Positions 35,104 to 47,666 of a stretch of 64,000 bases of DNA are shown here, piece after piece. The first letter of the stretch is position 1, and each line of letters begins with the position of its first letter. Made by a program: the position numbers and the translations under genes. Source of the DNA: Lachnospiraceae bacterium (GTDB lineage: Bacteria > Bacillota > Bacilli > Lactobacillales > Streptococcaceae); contig CAVHFY010000003.1 of assembly GCA_963635745.1 (NCBI GenBank), forward strand, positions 8,850 to 72,849, given 5' to 3'. Under the pieces are notes generated by a model that saw only the letters and a program-made list of their open reading frames with translations, was not told where the DNA came from and did no database searches.

Positions 35104-35737
35104 ACTGTGGATAAGGAAAGAAGGTGAGCTTGCGGTCGACATATTCAGCCAGGTAAATATTGGCGATCTCTGTATAGCCAGCCTTGTGCAACTCCTGAAG
35201 GAGCCAAGATTCGTCTTTGTGGATCAGCTCAAGGACGTCAGTGTTGAGGCGACCATTACTAATAATAGGGAATTTCAAATTTTCTGCTCGTCGGTCAATG
35301 ATGGTTAGGCGTCCATTGGGTTCCATGATGGCAGATTTGACCTGTTCGATACTATTAATTCCCTCAGACCTTAACTGAACCATGAGATGGTCTGCTGAAA
35401 GCCCTAGTTGCGTACACTTGGCTACATCTACCTGACCATTTTTGATGAGAATAGTTGGATCGCCTACAACCATCTTGTGGACCAAGCTGTTGGAGTTTAC
35501 CAATAACTTGATGACGACAACGATGAGGGACCAGATAAGAAGAACGATAAGGAAAGTCAAAACAGAGATGCTGCTATTATAGATGACACCTCCAATGATG
35601 CCCCCAAGGACATAATTTTGAATTTGGTTGAGTGGGGTATTGATGGAAAATTCGTACTTGCCTAATATGTTAATTTGCAGAATCATGACCAGCATGCCGA
35701 TGCTGAACTTGAGGGCAATAATGAGGTAACTGTCCAT
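35102..35737 (-). CDS. DUF421 (YetF-like) membrane protein
   Basis: QIQNYVLGGIIGG..YN, G.PTILIKNG, LRSEG..A.MEPNG. Confidence 0.88.
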   Translation of the reverse strand: MDSYLIIALKFSIGMLVMILQINILGKYEFSINTPLNQIQNYVLGGIIGGVIYNSSISVLTFLIVLLIWSLIVVVIKLLVNSNSLVHKMVVGDPTILIKNGQVDVAKCTQLGLSADHLMVQLRSEGINSIEQVKSAIMEPNGRLTIIDRRAENLKFPIISNGRLNTDVLELIHKDESWLLQELHKAGYTEIANIYLAEYVDRKLTFFPYPQ

Positions 35738-35738
35738 T

Positions 35739-36188
35739 TCAGTCTCCTTTTATGATTGTAACTGTGTGGTCAATGACGTGCGTACGTTCTAAGCTGTAAC
35801 TGTTGTTATCTGCATTGAGATTGACGCGGTAGTTTTTCTCATCGAAGCGTACGATAATGCCTGAAGACAGCGAGGTAGCATTAACATAAACTTTTTCTGG
35901 TTTGATATCATTGTCCGTGGCAATGCTTTCTATCAGTTTGACTAAAGTCTGAGACTGTGAGAAATTTTGACGGCTTTGTAGGTAATCTTGCATCTGGATA
36001 CCTAGGAAGACAAAAGTCAAAAGGACTACACCGATGCTAATGTCTCGCCAACGGGTTCGTAGACGGTTGCGCAAATAGTAAGCACTAGATGCTGTTAGAA
36101 GCACTAGAAGAATGATGATGATCACCGAGCGGACCACAGAAGCCAGGGACTGATGCTGGGTGATATAAGTAATGTCGTAAAATTGCAT
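35739..36188 (-). CDS. DUF3290 family protein
   Basis: MQFYD.., R..TRWRD, VYVNATSL.SG, Y.L.R; typical partner upstream of DUF421. Confidence 0.8.
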   Translation of the reverse strand: MQFYDITYITQHQSLASVVRSVIIIILLVLLTASSAYYLRNRLRTRWRDISIGVVLLTFVFLGIQMQDYLQSRQNFSQSQTLVKLIESIATDNDIKPEKVYVNATSLSSGIIVRFDEKNYRVNLNADNNSYSLERTHVIDHTVTIIKGD

Positions 36189-36251
36189 AGCTCCCCCTTG
36201 AGTATGTGATACTTTATTATAGCATAGTGGGAATGGCTGTAAAAGGACAAC

Positions 36252-36275
36252 AAAAAACGCCTACTAGGCGTTTTT
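36252..36275 (-). terminator. Terminator after rpmG
   Basis: AAAAAACGCCTA-c-TAGGCGTTTTT. Confidence 0.8.
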
Positions 36276-36276
36276 C

Positions 36277-36426
36277 TTATTTGACCTCTGTAAAGACCAC
36301 GTGTTTACGCAGTTTTGGAGAGTATTTTTTCAATTTCAAACGGTCTGGTGTGTTACGTTTGTTTTTAGAAGTCAGGTACAAGCGTTCGCCAGTTTCTTTG
36401 TGTTCAAGAATGATGTTATTACGCAT
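36277..36426 (-). CDS. rpmG: 50S ribosomal protein L33, cysteine-free form (not in the ORF track)
   Basis: Manual translation [59 protein letters not shown]. Confidence 0.97.
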   Translation of the reverse strand: MRNNIILEHKETGERLYLTSKNKRNTPDRLKLKKYSPKLRKHVVFTEVK

Positions 36427-36442
36427 GGTATCTCCCTTCTAA

Positions 36443-36625
36443 TTATTCTGCAGAAGCTGCTTTAGCAACTTTGCGTCCTTTGTAGTATCCTTTGAGGGAT
36501 ACACGGTGTGAACGTGAGTAGTCACCAGTTGCTTCATCAAATTTTACAGTTGGAGCTGTCAAATTGTAGTGAGTACGACGTTTATTTTTCTTTGCTTTCG
36601 ACGTGCGACGTGCAGGTACTGCCAT
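36443..36625 (-). CDS. rpmF: 50S ribosomal protein L32
   Basis: [32 protein letters not shown]. Confidence 0.98.
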   Translation of the reverse strand: MAVPARRTSKAKKNKRRTHYNLTAPTVKFDEATGDYSRSHRVSLKGYYKGRKVAKAASAE

Positions 36626-36816
36626 GTCTAAGTCCTCCGATATTTTATTTCTTGATTTTCATCAACTTTAGTATAATAGCACACTTTTTTTGTAAAGTAA
36701 AGTTACTTGACAAAAAAATCAGAAAACTTGTCCTAGTAGCTTTCAAATAGCTTAATAAATGGTAAAATAGTACAGGTAAGAAAACTATGGCTCAGGCTAA
36801 AAGGAACAGGATAGAC

Positions 36817-38100
36817 ATGAAGTTACAAAAACCAAAAGGGACCCAGGACATTCTCCCTCAAGAAACGGCCAAGTGGCAGTATCTGGAGAATGTTGCACGT
36901 GAAACATTTGCCCTCTACCATTATGGCGAGATTCGTACGCCTATGTTTGAACATTATGAGGTGATTAGCCGCTCTGTGGGCGATACGACCGACATCGTGA
37001 CCAAGGAAATGTATGATTTTGAGGATAAAGGGGGACGTCATATCACCCTGAGACCTGAGGGGACAGCGCCTGTCGTACGGGCTTATGTGGAAAATAAATT
37101 CTATGCCCCTGAGGTACAAAAGCCAACTAAACTTTACTACATGGGGCCTATGTTTCGCTATGAACGGCCTCAAGCTGGTCGTTTACGAGAGTTTCACCAA
37201 ATCGGTGTGGAGTGCTTTGGCTCAGCCAACCCTGCTACAGATGTGGAAACGATGGCTATGGCATACCAGCTCTTTAATAAACTGGGCGTCAAGGACGTTA
37301 CCTTGCACCTCAACAGTCTGGGCAATGCGGAGAGCCGTGCAGCTTATCGCCAAGCTCTGATTGACTACCTGACACCGCTCAAGGACAAGTTGTCGGCAGA
37401 TAGTCAGCGCCGCTTAGCAGAAAATCCTTTGCGGGTGTTGGATTCTAAGGATGCGGCGGATAAGGAAGCTGTTGCGGGTGCACCATCAATCTTGGATTAC
37501 TTGGACCAGGAGAGTTCTGAACATTTTGCCTCAGTGCGAAGTATGTTGGAAAGCCTACAGATTCCCTATGTTATTGACACGAATATGGTGCGGGGTCTAG
37601 ACTACTACAATCATACGATTTTTGAATTCATCACTGAAGTAGAAAATACCGAGTTAACCATTTGTGCAGGTGGTCGCTACGATAGTCTGGTGTCTTATTT
37701 TGACGGTCCTGAGACACCTGGTTTTGGTTTTGGCCTAGGTATGGAACGCCTACTCTTGATTATGGAGAAGCAAGGTCTCGTGCCTGAACTGGAAAGTCCT
37801 TTGGATGTGTATGTCATCGTCCTAGGTGAAGAAGTCAATAGTAAGGCATTGGAACTTGTTCAAAGCTTACGTAGTCAAGGCTTGCGTGCGGAGCGAGATT
37901 ACCTGGATCGTAAAATCAAGGCCCAGTTCAAGACAGCTGATAAATTCCAAGCGCGCTATGTCATCACACTGGGCGCGGACGAAGTTGCGCGAAATCAAGC
38001 CAGTGTGACTCACAAGGTGGCCGGCGAAAAAGTCTCTGTCACGGCAACGTTGGACGCTATTGCGACCGACTTGACTTCTGTGGTTGAAAAGGCCCTGTAA
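36817..38100 (+). CDS. hisS: Histidine--tRNA ligase
   Basis: [35 protein letters not shown]. Confidence 0.98.
   Translation: MKLQKPKGTQDILPQETAKWQYLENVARETFALYHYGEIRTPMFEHYEVISRSVGDTTDIVTKEMYDFEDKGGRHITLRPEGTAPVVRAYVENKFYAPEVQKPTKLYYMGPMFRYERPQAGRLREFHQIGVECFGSANPATDVETMAMAYQLFNKLGVKDVTLHLNSLGNAESRAAYRQALIDYLTPLKDKLSADSQRRLAENPLRVLDSKDAADKEAVAGAPSILDYLDQESSEHFASVRSMLESLQIPYVIDTNMVRGLDYYNHTIFEFITEVENTELTICAGGRYDSLVSYFDGPETPGFGFGLGMERLLLIMEKQGLVPELESPLDVYVIVLGEEVNSKALELVQSLRSQGLRAERDYLDRKIKAQFKTADKFQARYVITLGADEVARNQASVTHKVAGEKVSVTATLDAIATDLTSVVEKAL
36891..36906. promoter_or_regulatory. parS centromere site inside hisS
   Basis: TGTTGCACGTGAAACA, a perfect match to TGTTNCACGTGAAACA. Confidence 0.88.
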
Positions 38101-38121
38101 GGATTAGAAAAAGAGGAAAAA

Positions 38122-39873
38122 ATGAAACGTAGCATGTATGCTGGAGATGTAAGAGAAGCTCAAATTGGGCAAGTGGTTACCCTGAAAGGTTGGGTGGCAC
38201 GCCGCCGAAACCTGGGTGGATTAATTTTTATCGACCTGCGTGACCGCCAAGGTCTTATGCAACTGGTAGTTAATCCTGAGGAAGCCCCTGGTGAGGTTGT
38301 GGATGTAGCTGAAAGCCTGCGTAGCGAGTATGTTATCGAAGTGACAGGGCGCGTGGAAGCCCGTCAACAAGCCAATGACAAGCTGGCGACAGGTGCCGTC
38401 GAACTCCATGTAGAGAATTTGACCGTCCTCAATACGGCTAAAACGACACCGTTTGAAATCAAGAATGATATTGAAGTCAGTGATGATACGCGTTTACGTT
38501 ACCGTTATCTTGACCTGCGTCGTCCAGAGATGTTGGAGACATTCAAGTTGCGTGCCAAGGTAACGCACACGATCCGCAATTACCTGGACAATTTAGATTT
38601 CATCGATGTGGAGACGCCGATTTTGACCAAGTCTACGCCAGAAGGAGCGCGTGACTACCTAGTGCCAAGTCGTGTCAATAAAGGGAGTTTCTATGCCCTG
38701 CCACAAAGTCCTCAAATCACTAAGCAGTTGCTCATGAATGCAGGTTTTGACCGTTACTATCAGATTGTGAAGTGTTTCCGTGATGAAGATTTACGTGGCG
38801 ATCGTCAACCTGAGTTTACACAGGTCGACTTAGAAACGTCATTCTTATCTGACCAGGAGATTCAAGACATCACTGAAGGACTCATCGCTCAGGTCATGAA
38901 GGAAACCAAAGGCATTGACGTGACCCTGCCTTTCCCACGCATGGATTATGCAGATGCTATGGAAAACTATGGGAGCGACAAGCCTGACACACGCTTTGAC
39001 ATGCTATTGCAGGATGTGACATCTTTAGTCAAGGACACAGATTTCAAAGTCTTTGCCCAAGCTGAAGCGGTCAAGGCGATTGTGGTCAATGGTGGAGCTA
39101 GCCACTACTCTCGAAAAGCTATCGATCAGTTGACAGAAGTGGCTAAACAGTATGGTGCCAAAGGTCTGGCTTGGTTGAAATTTCAGGATGGCAAGTTAGC
39201 TGGACCAATTGCTAAGTTCTTGACAACTGTTGAAAGTAATTTGACAGAAAATTTACAGTTAGTTGACGATGATTTGATTTTATTTGTGGCAGACAGCCGT
39301 GCTATTGCTAATGACACGCTGGGTGCTTTACGTACGCGCATTGCCAAAGAAATGGGCATGATTGACACGTCCGCCTTTAATTATCTCTGGGTTGTCAACT
39401 GGCCAATGTTTGAATGGTCCGAAGAAGAAGGGCGTTACATGAGCGCCCACCATCCCTTCACTCTGCCATACACAGAAACAGCTCACGAATTGGAAGGCGA
39501 CTTAACTAAGGTACGTGCTGTAGCTTATGATATTGTTCTCAATGGTTATGAACTGGGTGGCGGTAGCTTGCGGATTAACACTCGCGAGTTGCAAGAGCGC
39601 ATGTTTACCGCTCTGGGATTCAGCCAGGGAGACGCCCAAGACCAGTTTGGTTTCCTGTTGGAAGCTCTTGACTATGGTTTCCCACCTCATGGTGGTTTGG
39701 CGCTTGGTTTAGATCGTTTTGTCATGCTTTTAGCTGGCAAGGAAAATATTCGAGAAGTGATCGCTTTTCCGAAGAATAACAAAGCAACCGATCCAATGAC
39801 CCAGGCACCTAGCCAAGTCTCACAAGCACAATTAGACGAATTAGAGTTAGCGTTACAAAAAAATGGTAAGTAA
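38122..39873 (+). CDS. aspS: Aspartate--tRNA ligase
   Basis: [48 protein letters not shown]. Confidence 0.98.
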   Translation: MKRSMYAGDVREAQIGQVVTLKGWVARRRNLGGLIFIDLRDRQGLMQLVVNPEEAPGEVVDVAESLRSEYVIEVTGRVEARQQANDKLATGAVELHVENLTVLNTAKTTPFEIKNDIEVSDDTRLRYRYLDLRRPEMLETFKLRAKVTHTIRNYLDNLDFIDVETPILTKSTPEGARDYLVPSRVNKGSFYALPQSPQITKQLLMNAGFDRYYQIVKCFRDEDLRGDRQPEFTQVDLETSFLSDQEIQDITEGLIAQVMKETKGIDVTLPFPRMDYADAMENYGSDKPDTRFDMLLQDVTSLVKDTDFKVFAQAEAVKAIVVNGGASHYSRKAIDQLTEVAKQYGAKGLAWLKFQDGKLAGPIAKFLTTVESNLTENLQLVDDDLILFVADSRAIANDTLGALRTRIAKEMGMIDTSAFNYLWVVNWPMFEWSEEEGRYMSAHHPFTLPYTETAHELEGDLTKVRAVAYDIVLNGYELGGGSLRINTRELQERMFTALGFSQGDAQDQFGFLLEALDYGFPPHGGLALGLDRFVMLLAGKENIREVIAFPKNNKATDPMTQAPSQVSQAQLDELELALQKNGK

Positions 39874-40807
39874 AGCCCCTTTAAAAAAACGTTTTAAATA
39901 TAATGTTGAACAACAGGCAAAAAAAGTAGGCATTCTAAAAGCGGTGCGGAGTATTTCTAGGGAGAAGTATGCAGAACGCATTTCTGCCTCACTTTTGTAC
40001 GGCTTGTTATCAAGTATTGCTGTCAACTTCTTTTTTCAACCTGGTCACGTTTACTCAAGTGGTGCGACCGGTTTGGCTCAGGTTTTGTCAGCTGTTAGTG
40101 CCCGTTTTTTAGGGGTAACTATTCCAGTTTCTGTTACATTTTATGCCATTAATATTCCTTTAATTTTGTTGGCATGGAAGCAAATTGGGCATAGGTTTAC
40201 GATTTTTACGTTCATTACTGTAACATTTAGTTCTCTCTTCATTCAAGTTATTCCTGTTGTTCGCTTAACCCCTGATCCTTTGATCAATGCTATCTTTGGC
40301 GGCTTAGTGATGGGAATTGGGATTGGCTATGCTCTTAGAAACAATGTCTCTAGTGGCGGTACGGATATCGTAAGTCTGACGGTCAGAAAGAGAACGGGAC
40401 GAGATGTTGGGAGTATCTCTCTTATGGTGAATGGTTTCATCATGATTTTTGCAGGTTTAATTTTTGGTTGGCGCTATGCTCTTTATTCAATGGTTACCAT
40501 TTTCGTCTCTAGCCGTGTGACAGATGCACTTTATACGAAACAAAAGAAACTTCAGGCGATGATTATCACCACTCAACCCCAAAGGGTTGTTAAGATGTTA
40601 CACAAAAAATTGCACCATGGCGTTACACAAATTAATGATGCTAGTGGAACTTACACAGGGGAAAAGAAAACCATTTTAATTGCTGTCATTACCAGGTATG
40701 AGTACAACGATTTTAAATATTATATGAGAAAGGCTGATCCACAGGCTTTTATCTCAATATCAGAAAATGTTAAAATTATTGGTCGCTTCAAAGAGGAGGA
40801 CTCATAA
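39863..40807 (+). CDS. YitT family membrane protein
   Basis: SSGATG, INIP, SSGGTDI, C-terminal DUF2179 DP.AFI. Confidence 0.9.
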   Translation: MVSKAPLKKRFKYNVEQQAKKVGILKAVRSISREKYAERISASLLYGLLSSIAVNFFFQPGHVYSSGATGLAQVLSAVSARFLGVTIPVSVTFYAINIPLILLAWKQIGHRFTIFTFITVTFSSLFIQVIPVVRLTPDPLINAIFGGLVMGIGIGYALRNNVSSGGTDIVSLTVRKRTGRDVGSISLMVNGFIMIFAGLIFGWRYALYSMVTIFVSSRVTDALYTKQKKLQAMIITTQPQRVVKMLHKKLHHGVTQINDASGTYTGEKKTILIAVITRYEYNDFKYYMRKADPQAFISISENVKIIGRFKEEDS

Positions 40808-40819
40808 AAAGGAGGAGCT

Positions 40820-41725
40820 ATGAAACGAGAAGGACAAGCAAGATTAGCCCTAGATCTACTTTTGATTGCTGTAGGTGTGGCCATATACAGCTTTGGTTTT
40901 GTCTATTTCAATATGGCGAACCAATTGGCTGAAGGCGGTATATCAGGAATCACGCTGATAACGCATGCCCTTTTCAAGATAAATCCCGCTTATATGTCCT
41001 TAATATTAAATGTGCCTTTGTTTTGGTTGGGGCGACGTATTTTTGGAAACAAAGCGTTAGGTCTAACGATATATGGAACCTTGTTGCTTTCGTTCTTCGT
41101 ATGGTTATGGCAAAAAATTCCGTTACAGATTGATGTCAGCCATGATATGCTGATTGCTGCACTACTTGCCGGAGTTTTTGCTGGTTTTGGTAGCGGGTTG
41201 GTCTTCCGTCATGGTGGAACTACTGGTGGTGGAGACATTATAGGGCGAGTTATAGAAGAAAAAACAAGTCGACCATTAGGACAAAATCTTTTTATTTTTG
41301 ATAGTGTTGTTCTTTTGTGCTCTTTGTCTTACATAGGGATTCGTCAGATGGTTTACACCCTAATTGCTAGCTTTGTTTATTCACAGATAATGCCCTTAAT
41401 ATTACGTGGAGGATATGCAGCTAAGGGTATGTTTATTATTACCGATTTTCCTGTTGAAATCGCTCAGGCTATCTCAGAGGTCCTAGAACGTGGAGCGACC
41501 TTTATTAATAGTGAAGGGGCCTATACACAAACACCTAAACGAATGGTTTACGTTATTGTAAACCCCAGAGAAGTGTCTGAAGTGAAGCACCTCTTAACTG
41601 AAATTGATCCACATGCTTTTATTTCAATTGTTGATGTGGATGAAATAATAGGTGAAGGCTTTACATGGGATATTAAACGTGTCAATAAGAGAACGGGCTT
41701 ATTCACAAATAATAAAAAAAATTAG
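40820..41725 (+). CDS. YitT family membrane protein
   Basis: LAEGGISG, LNVP, GTTGGGDI, RGAT, DPHAFI. Confidence 0.9.
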   Translation: MKREGQARLALDLLLIAVGVAIYSFGFVYFNMANQLAEGGISGITLITHALFKINPAYMSLILNVPLFWLGRRIFGNKALGLTIYGTLLLSFFVWLWQKIPLQIDVSHDMLIAALLAGVFAGFGSGLVFRHGGTTGGGDIIGRVIEEKTSRPLGQNLFIFDSVVLLCSLSYIGIRQMVYTLIASFVYSQIMPLILRGGYAAKGMFIITDFPVEIAQAISEVLERGATFINSEGAYTQTPKRMVYVIVNPREVSEVKHLLTEIDPHAFISIVDVDEIIGEGFTWDIKRVNKRTGLFTNNKKN

Positions 41726-41747
41726 GAGTTTTCTCCTAATTTTTTTT
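41714..41747. terminator. Bidirectional terminator YitT/argS
   Basis: AAAAAAAATTAGGAG-tttt-CTCCTAATTTTTTTT. Confidence 0.8.
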
Positions 41748-43437
41748 ACATTTCGTCTGGTGCTTGCACCCCAAGAAGTGCAAGGGAAGATTTGATAACT
41801 GTAGCTGTTGCATAAGCCAGCGCTAAACGTGCAGATTTTTGTTCGTCGTTGTTTAAAATGCGTGTTTGCGCATAATACTTGTTGAAACTTTGAGCTAAAC
41901 GTATAGCGTATTTAGCAATAACAGACGGTTCATAGAGGTCTGCGGCGCGTAAGATAGTTTTAGGGAAATTTTGGAGTTGTTTGACTAGTTCCCAGGCTTG
42001 TTCACCATCTGGCACCGAAGTCAGCCCTGTATGAGGTTCGTAATTAGCTTTGCGTAAAATGGACTGGATCCGTGCATGGGTATACTGGATGTAGGGACCA
42101 GTTTCCCCCTCAAAAGATACCATAGCTTCTAAGTCGAAATCGTAACCATTTTTTCGATCTGTTTTCAAATCATAAAACTTGATGGCACCAACGCCGACTT
42201 GACGAGCAATGTCGTTTTTGTTTTTAAGGTTAGGATTCTTTGCGTCAATTTGCTGTAAAGCACGTTCGATGGCTTCTGCGATGGTTGGTTCAAGCAAGAT
42301 GACATTTCCCTTACGAGTAGAAAGTTTCTTGCCATTTTTAGTGACAAGTCCAAAAGCGATTTGTTCCACATCGTCAGACCAACTATAACCCATTTCTGTC
42401 AGGACAGCTTTTAATTGTTTGAAGTGACCTTCTTGTTCTTGGCCTACCACATAGAGCGCTTTATCGAAATGATAAGAATCTTTACGATAGAGGGCCGCAG
42501 CCAAATCTCGCGTAATATATAAAGTAGCACCATCGGATTTCTTTATCAAAGCAGGATGTTCAATACCGTACTGTTTTAAGTTGACTACCTGTGCCCCTTC
42601 AGATTCTTCAAGAAGCCCTTTTTCTTCTAAAATAGAAACAACTGCATCCATTTTGTCATTATAGAAAGCTTCACCGTTGTAACTATCAAAAGTGACATTA
42701 AGAATATTGTAAATACGATTGAATTCTTCTAAACTTTCGTCCCGAAACCATTGCCAGAGGTGTAAAGCTTCAGAATCGCCATTTTCAAGTTTACGGAACC
42801 ATTGGCGGGCCTCTTCATCTAGCTCTGGATTGGACTTGGCTTCTTCGTTGACACGCACGTAAAGTTTCAACAACTCATTAATCGGATTTGCTTTTACAGC
42901 CTCTTCATCCCCCCATTTTTTATAGGCAACGATAAGAAGTCCGAATTGTTTTCCCCAATCTCCTAAATGATTTATCTTTACAGTTGTGTAACCTAATTTT
43001 TGAAAAATAAGAGATAAGCTGTCACCTATTACGGTTGAACGCAGGTGACCAATGGAAAAGGGTTTAGCGATATTAGGACTCGACATGTCAAGTACAACTG
43101 ATTTACCATGCCCAATGGTTTGTTGACCGTAATCTTCCTTTTCAGTGATAATTGTTTCTAGAACTTTTTTTGTCATAATAGACTTATCAAGGAAAAAGTT
43201 AAGGTAAGGACCGACTGCTTCAACCTTTTCAAAGTTCGAGGTGTCAATTGCTTGTGCCAATTCTTCTGCAATGACTTGTGGCGCTTTACGGAAAGTCTTT
43301 GCTAAAGTAAAGGTAGGAAAGGCAAAATCACCAAGATCACTTTTTTTAGGTACTTCGATGAGGTTGAGTATCGTTTCAAGATTTAGAGGGGCAATAACTT
43401 TATCGAGCGCTTGTGCGATGTGTAATTTATTATCCAT
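41746..43437 (-). CDS. argS: Arginine--tRNA ligase
   Basis: [40 protein letters not shown]. Start ATG 43437 after AGGAG. Confidence 0.98.
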   Translation of the reverse strand: MDNKLHIAQALDKVIAPLNLETILNLIEVPKKSDLGDFAFPTFTLAKTFRKAPQVIAEELAQAIDTSNFEKVEAVGPYLNFFLDKSIMTKKVLETIITEKEDYGQQTIGHGKSVVLDMSSPNIAKPFSIGHLRSTVIGDSLSLIFQKLGYTTVKINHLGDWGKQFGLLIVAYKKWGDEEAVKANPINELLKLYVRVNEEAKSNPELDEEARQWFRKLENGDSEALHLWQWFRDESLEEFNRIYNILNVTFDSYNGEAFYNDKMDAVVSILEEKGLLEESEGAQVVNLKQYGIEHPALIKKSDGATLYITRDLAAALYRKDSYHFDKALYVVGQEQEGHFKQLKAVLTEMGYSWSDDVEQIAFGLVTKNGKKLSTRKGNVILLEPTIAEAIERALQQIDAKNPNLKNKNDIARQVGVGAIKFYDLKTDRKNGYDFDLEAMVSFEGETGPYIQYTHARIQSILRKANYEPHTGLTSVPDGEQAWELVKQLQNFPKTILRAADLYEPSVIAKYAIRLAQSFNKYYAQTRILNNDEQKSARLALAYATATVIKSSLALLGVQAPDEM

Positions 43438-43581
43438 GTGCTCTCCTTTAACTTCTGGTTTGTGCACTCTATTTTACCATAAAATCGAGCCTTCTATAGT
43501 GCGAGGAAGAGAAAACTTAAAAAAATTTACTTTTTTTGGTATAATTAACCTGAATATAATGAAATTACTAAAGAGGTTTTT

Positions 43582-44022
43582 ATGAAGAAAGCTGAACGTC
43601 GTGATAAAATTCAACGCTTAATTGCTAGTCGCCCTGTTCGTACACAAGAAGAAATTAAAGAACACTTGCGTTCAGAAGGGATTGAGGTGACCCAGGCAAC
43701 ACTTTCACGTGATTTACGAGCTATTGGACTTTTGAAGACGCGAGATGATAAGGGGAGACATTATTATACAATTTCACAGACAGAGTCTACTGGCTTGAGT
43801 ACGCAAGCAGCCCCTTATGTTAAGACAGTCGATCGGGCTCAATTTTCACTCGTCATCCATACACCACTAGGAGAAGCAGATTTACTGGCTAATTTAATCG
43901 ATGGCCTTAAACATGAAGATATTCTTGGAACAATCGCGGGGGCAGATACACTTTTAGTTATTTGTCGTAATGAAAAGACTGCCATGATTTTAGAGAAAGA
44001 TTTGAAGGCTTTGCTTAAATGA
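43582..44022 (+). CDS. argR: Arginine repressor family regulator
   Basis: [21 protein letters not shown]. Confidence 0.95.
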   Translation: MKKAERRDKIQRLIASRPVRTQEEIKEHLRSEGIEVTQATLSRDLRAIGLLKTRDDKGRHYYTISQTESTGLSTQAAPYVKTVDRAQFSLVIHTPLGEADLLANLIDGLKHEDILGTIAGADTLLVICRNEKTAMILEKDLKALLK

Positions 44023-44363
44023 CGGCTTGGAAGGAAGAAGCAGAAAAACTGGCCGATCTGCTCAAAAACCACGCATCCGTACAGGCATTTTCCGAGGTAA
44101 AGACTCGGATGGATAGCTTACCTGACATTCAAGATAAAGTTGGAGAAATGAAGCATTTTCAGCAAGAGGCCGTTTTTTTTGATAAAATTGAAAAAGAACA
44201 GGCTTATAGGCAGGCTGATGAAGAGGCTACACGCTTGCAGGATGATTTGTCAGAGCTTCCCATTGTAGTAGAATATCGACAAAAGATGCAGGATGCGAGT
44301 GATTTGCTTTATCATGTGACAAAAGCAATAGAAGAAGGAATAAATAAGGGAGATAACCCATGA
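44019..44363 (+). CDS. YmcA/YlbF (RicA-like) family protein
   Basis: [23 protein letters not shown]; conserved between argR and mutS. Confidence 0.85.
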   Translation: MTAWKEEAEKLADLLKNHASVQAFSEVKTRMDSLPDIQDKVGEMKHFQQEAVFFDKIEKEQAYRQADEEATRLQDDLSELPIVVEYRQKMQDASDLLYHVTKAIEEGINKGDNP

Positions 44364-46900
44364 CGAAAAAAAAATTATCTCCAGGCATGCAGCAGTATCT
44401 GGATATAAAAAAGGAATATCCAGATGCTTTTTTGCTGTTTCGAATGGGGGACTTTTATGAGCTATTTTATGACGATGCCGTCAGAGCAGCTCAAATTCTC
44501 GAACTGACACTAACTAGTCGAAATAAAAATGCAGATGATCCAATTGCCATGGCGGGTGTCCCCTACCATTCAGCCCAGCAATACATTGATGTTTTGGTGG
44601 ACCAAGGGCATAAGGTTGCCATTGCTGAACAAATGGAAGACCCCAAAAAAGCGGTCGGTGTAGTGAAACGAGAGGTAGTTCAAGTCATTACCCCTGGGAC
44701 GGCTGTTGATAGTCAGACACAAGCAACAGGAAATAACTTTCTGGTAGCTATTGACTATGATGAGAACTCCTATGGTTTAGCCTATATGGATTTATCAACG
44801 GGAGAATTTTACGCGACTCAATTGAGTGATTTTACTCAAGTTACGAATGAGATTCAAAATTTAAAAGCAAAAGAAGTTGTTGTCGGTTTTGAACTTGTTT
44901 CGGAACAAGAGGATGTCCTATGCGGTCAACTCAATTTGTTAATTTCCAAGCAAGAATTACCTATTCTGGATGCGACGCTCATCTCTGAAACGAGTCTAAC
45001 TGTAATTGAACAAGCTGTAGCGGGTAAATTGCTAGGGTATGTGCAGGCAACACAGAAGAGGCAATTAAGTCATTTACAACCTGTTAAACATTATGCGATT
45101 AGGGATTATTTACAGATGACCTACGCGACCAAGCGGAGTTTAGATCTGTTAGAAAACGCACGTACGGGTAAAAAATTTGGAAGCCTTTATTGGCTTTTAG
45201 ACGAAACAAAAACTGCGATGGGAACCCGTTTATTGAGGCAGTGGATTGACAGACCGTTGCTCCACAAGGCATCAATATTAAAGCGTCAAAATGCTGTTAC
45301 AGCGCTAATAGATAACTTTTTTGAACGTGTAGACTTGACAGAAAGTTTAAAGGGTGTTTACGATATTGAACGTCTAGCTAGTCGCATTTCCTTTGGAAAA
45401 GCTACTCCGAAGGACTTGTTACAACTGGGGCAGACCTTGCAAAAAGTTCCTCAAATTAAAGAAAGACTGCGGCAATTTGACAATGATGAGCTTAACCTAC
45501 TTGAATCGTCAATCGATGCCCTCCCAACTTTAGCACATATGATAACAGAATCCATTGATCCAGATGCTCCGGCTTTGATCACAGAAGGTGGTATCATCAA
45601 ATCTGGCTTTGACGAACAATTGGACCGTTATCGGACGGTCATGCGTGACGGGCAATCATGGATTTTAGACTTGGAAGCCAAGGAACGTGAACAATCAGGC
45701 ATTGCTACTTTAAAAATTGACTATAATCGTAAAGACGGTTACTATTTTCATGTGACAAATTCGCATCTGGACAAGGTTCCGGAACATTTTTTCCGTAAGG
45801 CGACTTTAAAAAATTCTGAACGTTATGGAACATCGGAGTTAGCTAAAATCGAAGGGGAGATATTAGAAGCACGGGAAAAGTCTGCAAATCTTGAATACGA
45901 TATTTTTCTAAGTATTCGTACAAAGGTGGAGTCCTTCATCAAGGACTTGCAAGTTTTGGCGCGTCATATAGCAACGATTGATGTTTTGCAGGGGTTGGCT
46001 GTCATTTCTGAAGAACAACACTATCAAAAACCACAATTCAATGATCACCACGAAATAGCGATTGAGGAAGGTCGTCATCCGGTTGTTGAGAAGGTTATCT
46101 CGGGAAATGATTATGTTCCTAATTCGATAAACCTTGCCAGTGATCACTGCATCCAACTCATTACAGGCCCTAATATGAGTGGGAAGTCTACCTACATGCG
46201 TCAATTAGCTCTTATTGTCATTTTGGCTCAACTGGGATGCTACGTTCCTGCAAAGAGTGCTAGTTTACCAATATTTGATGCGATTTTTACGCGTATTGGA
46301 GCAGCGGATGATTTGATCTCGGGTCAATCCACATTTATGTTGGAGATGATGGAGGCAAATACAGCGATGGAGCTTGCAACAGAAGATTCCTTAATACTTT
46401 TCGATGAGCTGGGTCGTGGGACTGCTACCTATGATGGAATGGCTTTAGCACAAGCTATTATTGAACATATTCATGATCATATTGGTGCTAAAACACTATT
46501 TGCAACGCATTATCATGAGTTGACAGGTTTGTCAACGAGCTTGACACGATTGGAAAATGTTCATGTCGCAACACTGGAACAAGAAGGGCAAGTGACTTTC
46601 TTGCATCAGATTGCACCTGGTCCAGCGGATAAATCATACGGTATCCATGTGGCGAAAATTGCTGGCTTGCCAAGTTCATTACTACAGCGTGCGGATGCTA
46701 TCCTAGATCAATTAGAAAACCAGGAGGTTTCACTACTAAGTGAAACGAACCAATCATTCTTTCAACAGACATCATTATTTGAACCAGTGGAAGATTCTGT
46801 TGTGGATAAAATTCAGAAATTAGATCTCAATTTGATGACACCTATAGAAGCGATGACCGTTTTATATGAACTAAAGAAAGAGATTTCTGAAGGGAAATAA
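44360..46900 (+). CDS. mutS: DNA mismatch repair protein MutS (HexA)
   Basis: [41 protein letters not shown]. Confidence 0.99.
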   Translation: MTKKKLSPGMQQYLDIKKEYPDAFLLFRMGDFYELFYDDAVRAAQILELTLTSRNKNADDPIAMAGVPYHSAQQYIDVLVDQGHKVAIAEQMEDPKKAVGVVKREVVQVITPGTAVDSQTQATGNNFLVAIDYDENSYGLAYMDLSTGEFYATQLSDFTQVTNEIQNLKAKEVVVGFELVSEQEDVLCGQLNLLISKQELPILDATLISETSLTVIEQAVAGKLLGYVQATQKRQLSHLQPVKHYAIRDYLQMTYATKRSLDLLENARTGKKFGSLYWLLDETKTAMGTRLLRQWIDRPLLHKASILKRQNAVTALIDNFFERVDLTESLKGVYDIERLASRISFGKATPKDLLQLGQTLQKVPQIKERLRQFDNDELNLLESSIDALPTLAHMITESIDPDAPALITEGGIIKSGFDEQLDRYRTVMRDGQSWILDLEAKEREQSGIATLKIDYNRKDGYYFHVTNSHLDKVPEHFFRKATLKNSERYGTSELAKIEGEILEAREKSANLEYDIFLSIRTKVESFIKDLQVLARHIATIDVLQGLAVISEEQHYQKPQFNDHHEIAIEEGRHPVVEKVISGNDYVPNSINLASDHCIQLITGPNMSGKSTYMRQLALIVILAQLGCYVPAKSASLPIFDAIFTRIGAADDLISGQSTFMLEMMEANTAMELATEDSLILFDELGRGTATYDGMALAQAIIEHIHDHIGAKTLFATHYHELTGLSTSLTRLENVHVATLEQEGQVTFLHQIAPGPADKSYGIHVAKIAGLPSSLLQRADAILDQLENQEVSLLSETNQSFFQQTSLFEPVEDSVVDKIQKLDLNLMTPIEAMTVLYELKKEISEGK

Positions 46901-46915
46901 CGCTAAAAACTACAT

Positions 46916-46952
46916 AAAAAACGATTGACCGAGAAAAGTCAGTCGTTTTTTC
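46916..46952. terminator. Bidirectional terminator mutS/ABC
   Basis: AAAAAACGATTGAC-cgagaaaa-GTCAGTCGTTTTTT. Confidence 0.8.
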
Positions 46953-46991
46953 TGTAGTTAGTCCTTAATTTTGAAAAGTATTCAGAATTGG

Positions 46992-47651
46992 CTAAGCAAT
47001 CTGTGTGAAATGACGTTTTTTGAGTTCAAAAGTTGTATCGCTGGCTTGGGCAACTTCTCTTTCGTGCGTCACTATAATGACCGTTTTATGTTGTTCATGA
47101 GCAATTTTTTGAAATATTCTAATGATATCTTGTGTGGTTTCTTCATCTAGATTACCTGTGGGTTCATCCGCAATGATGATATCAGCTCCACTAGCTAGTG
47201 CACGAACAATAGCAACACGTTGTTGTTGACCTCCAGAAAGTTTGAGGACTGGTTTATCCAGGAGTGCCTCTTCCAGCCCGACATCTGCAAATAAAGCATT
47301 AACTTTTTTAGGGTCTACCTGTCTACCAGTAATATCTAGTGCCACCTGTATATTTTGTCTTGCTGTCATATAGGTCAAGAGGTTGTAGGCCTGAAAGATG
47401 GTCGCTACACTGCGTTTACGATAAGCCACCAAACCGCCTTTTTGAATAGGTTGTCCGTTAAGTTGGATATTCCCAGATTTTGGTGTATCTAGTCCTGCTA
47501 GTAAAGATAAAAATGTCGTTTTTCCGCTACCTGATTGACCTAAAATGGAGTAAACCCTCCCTTTTTCAAAGTTGATAGAGACATCTTTAAAAAGATAATC
47601 ATCCGGGTTATTCGAGTACCAGTAACTGATGTTATGAGTTGTTAGTGTCAT
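46992..47651 (-). CDS. ABC transporter ATP-binding protein (LolD/MacB-type, YclH-like)
   Basis: GQSGSGKTT, IFQAYNL, LSGGQQQRVAI.RA, ADEPTGNLD. Confidence 0.93.
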   Translation of the reverse strand: MTLTTHNISYWYSNNPDDYLFKDVSINFEKGRVYSILGQSGSGKTTFLSLLAGLDTPKSGNIQLNGQPIQKGGLVAYRKRSVATIFQAYNLLTYMTARQNIQVALDITGRQVDPKKVNALFADVGLEEALLDKPVLKLSGGQQQRVAIVRALASGADIIIADEPTGNLDEETTQDIIRIFQKIAHEQHKTVIIVTHEREVAQASDTTFELKKRHFTQIA

Positions 47652-47666
47652 AGGCTTACCTTCTTT

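Noticed and set aside
35106..35114. Isolated perfect DnaA box at the DUF421 3' end (another at 46801 in mutS)
   Set aside because: Single boxes are near the chance expectation of about one per window and are not clustered.
36206..36750. Plus-strand ORFs of 78 and 80 aa
   Set aside because: Antisense shadows of rpmG and rpmF.
43701..43716. TTTCACGTGA core in argR as a possible parS
   Set aside because: Too many flank mismatches, and it is dictated by the conserved LSRD motif.
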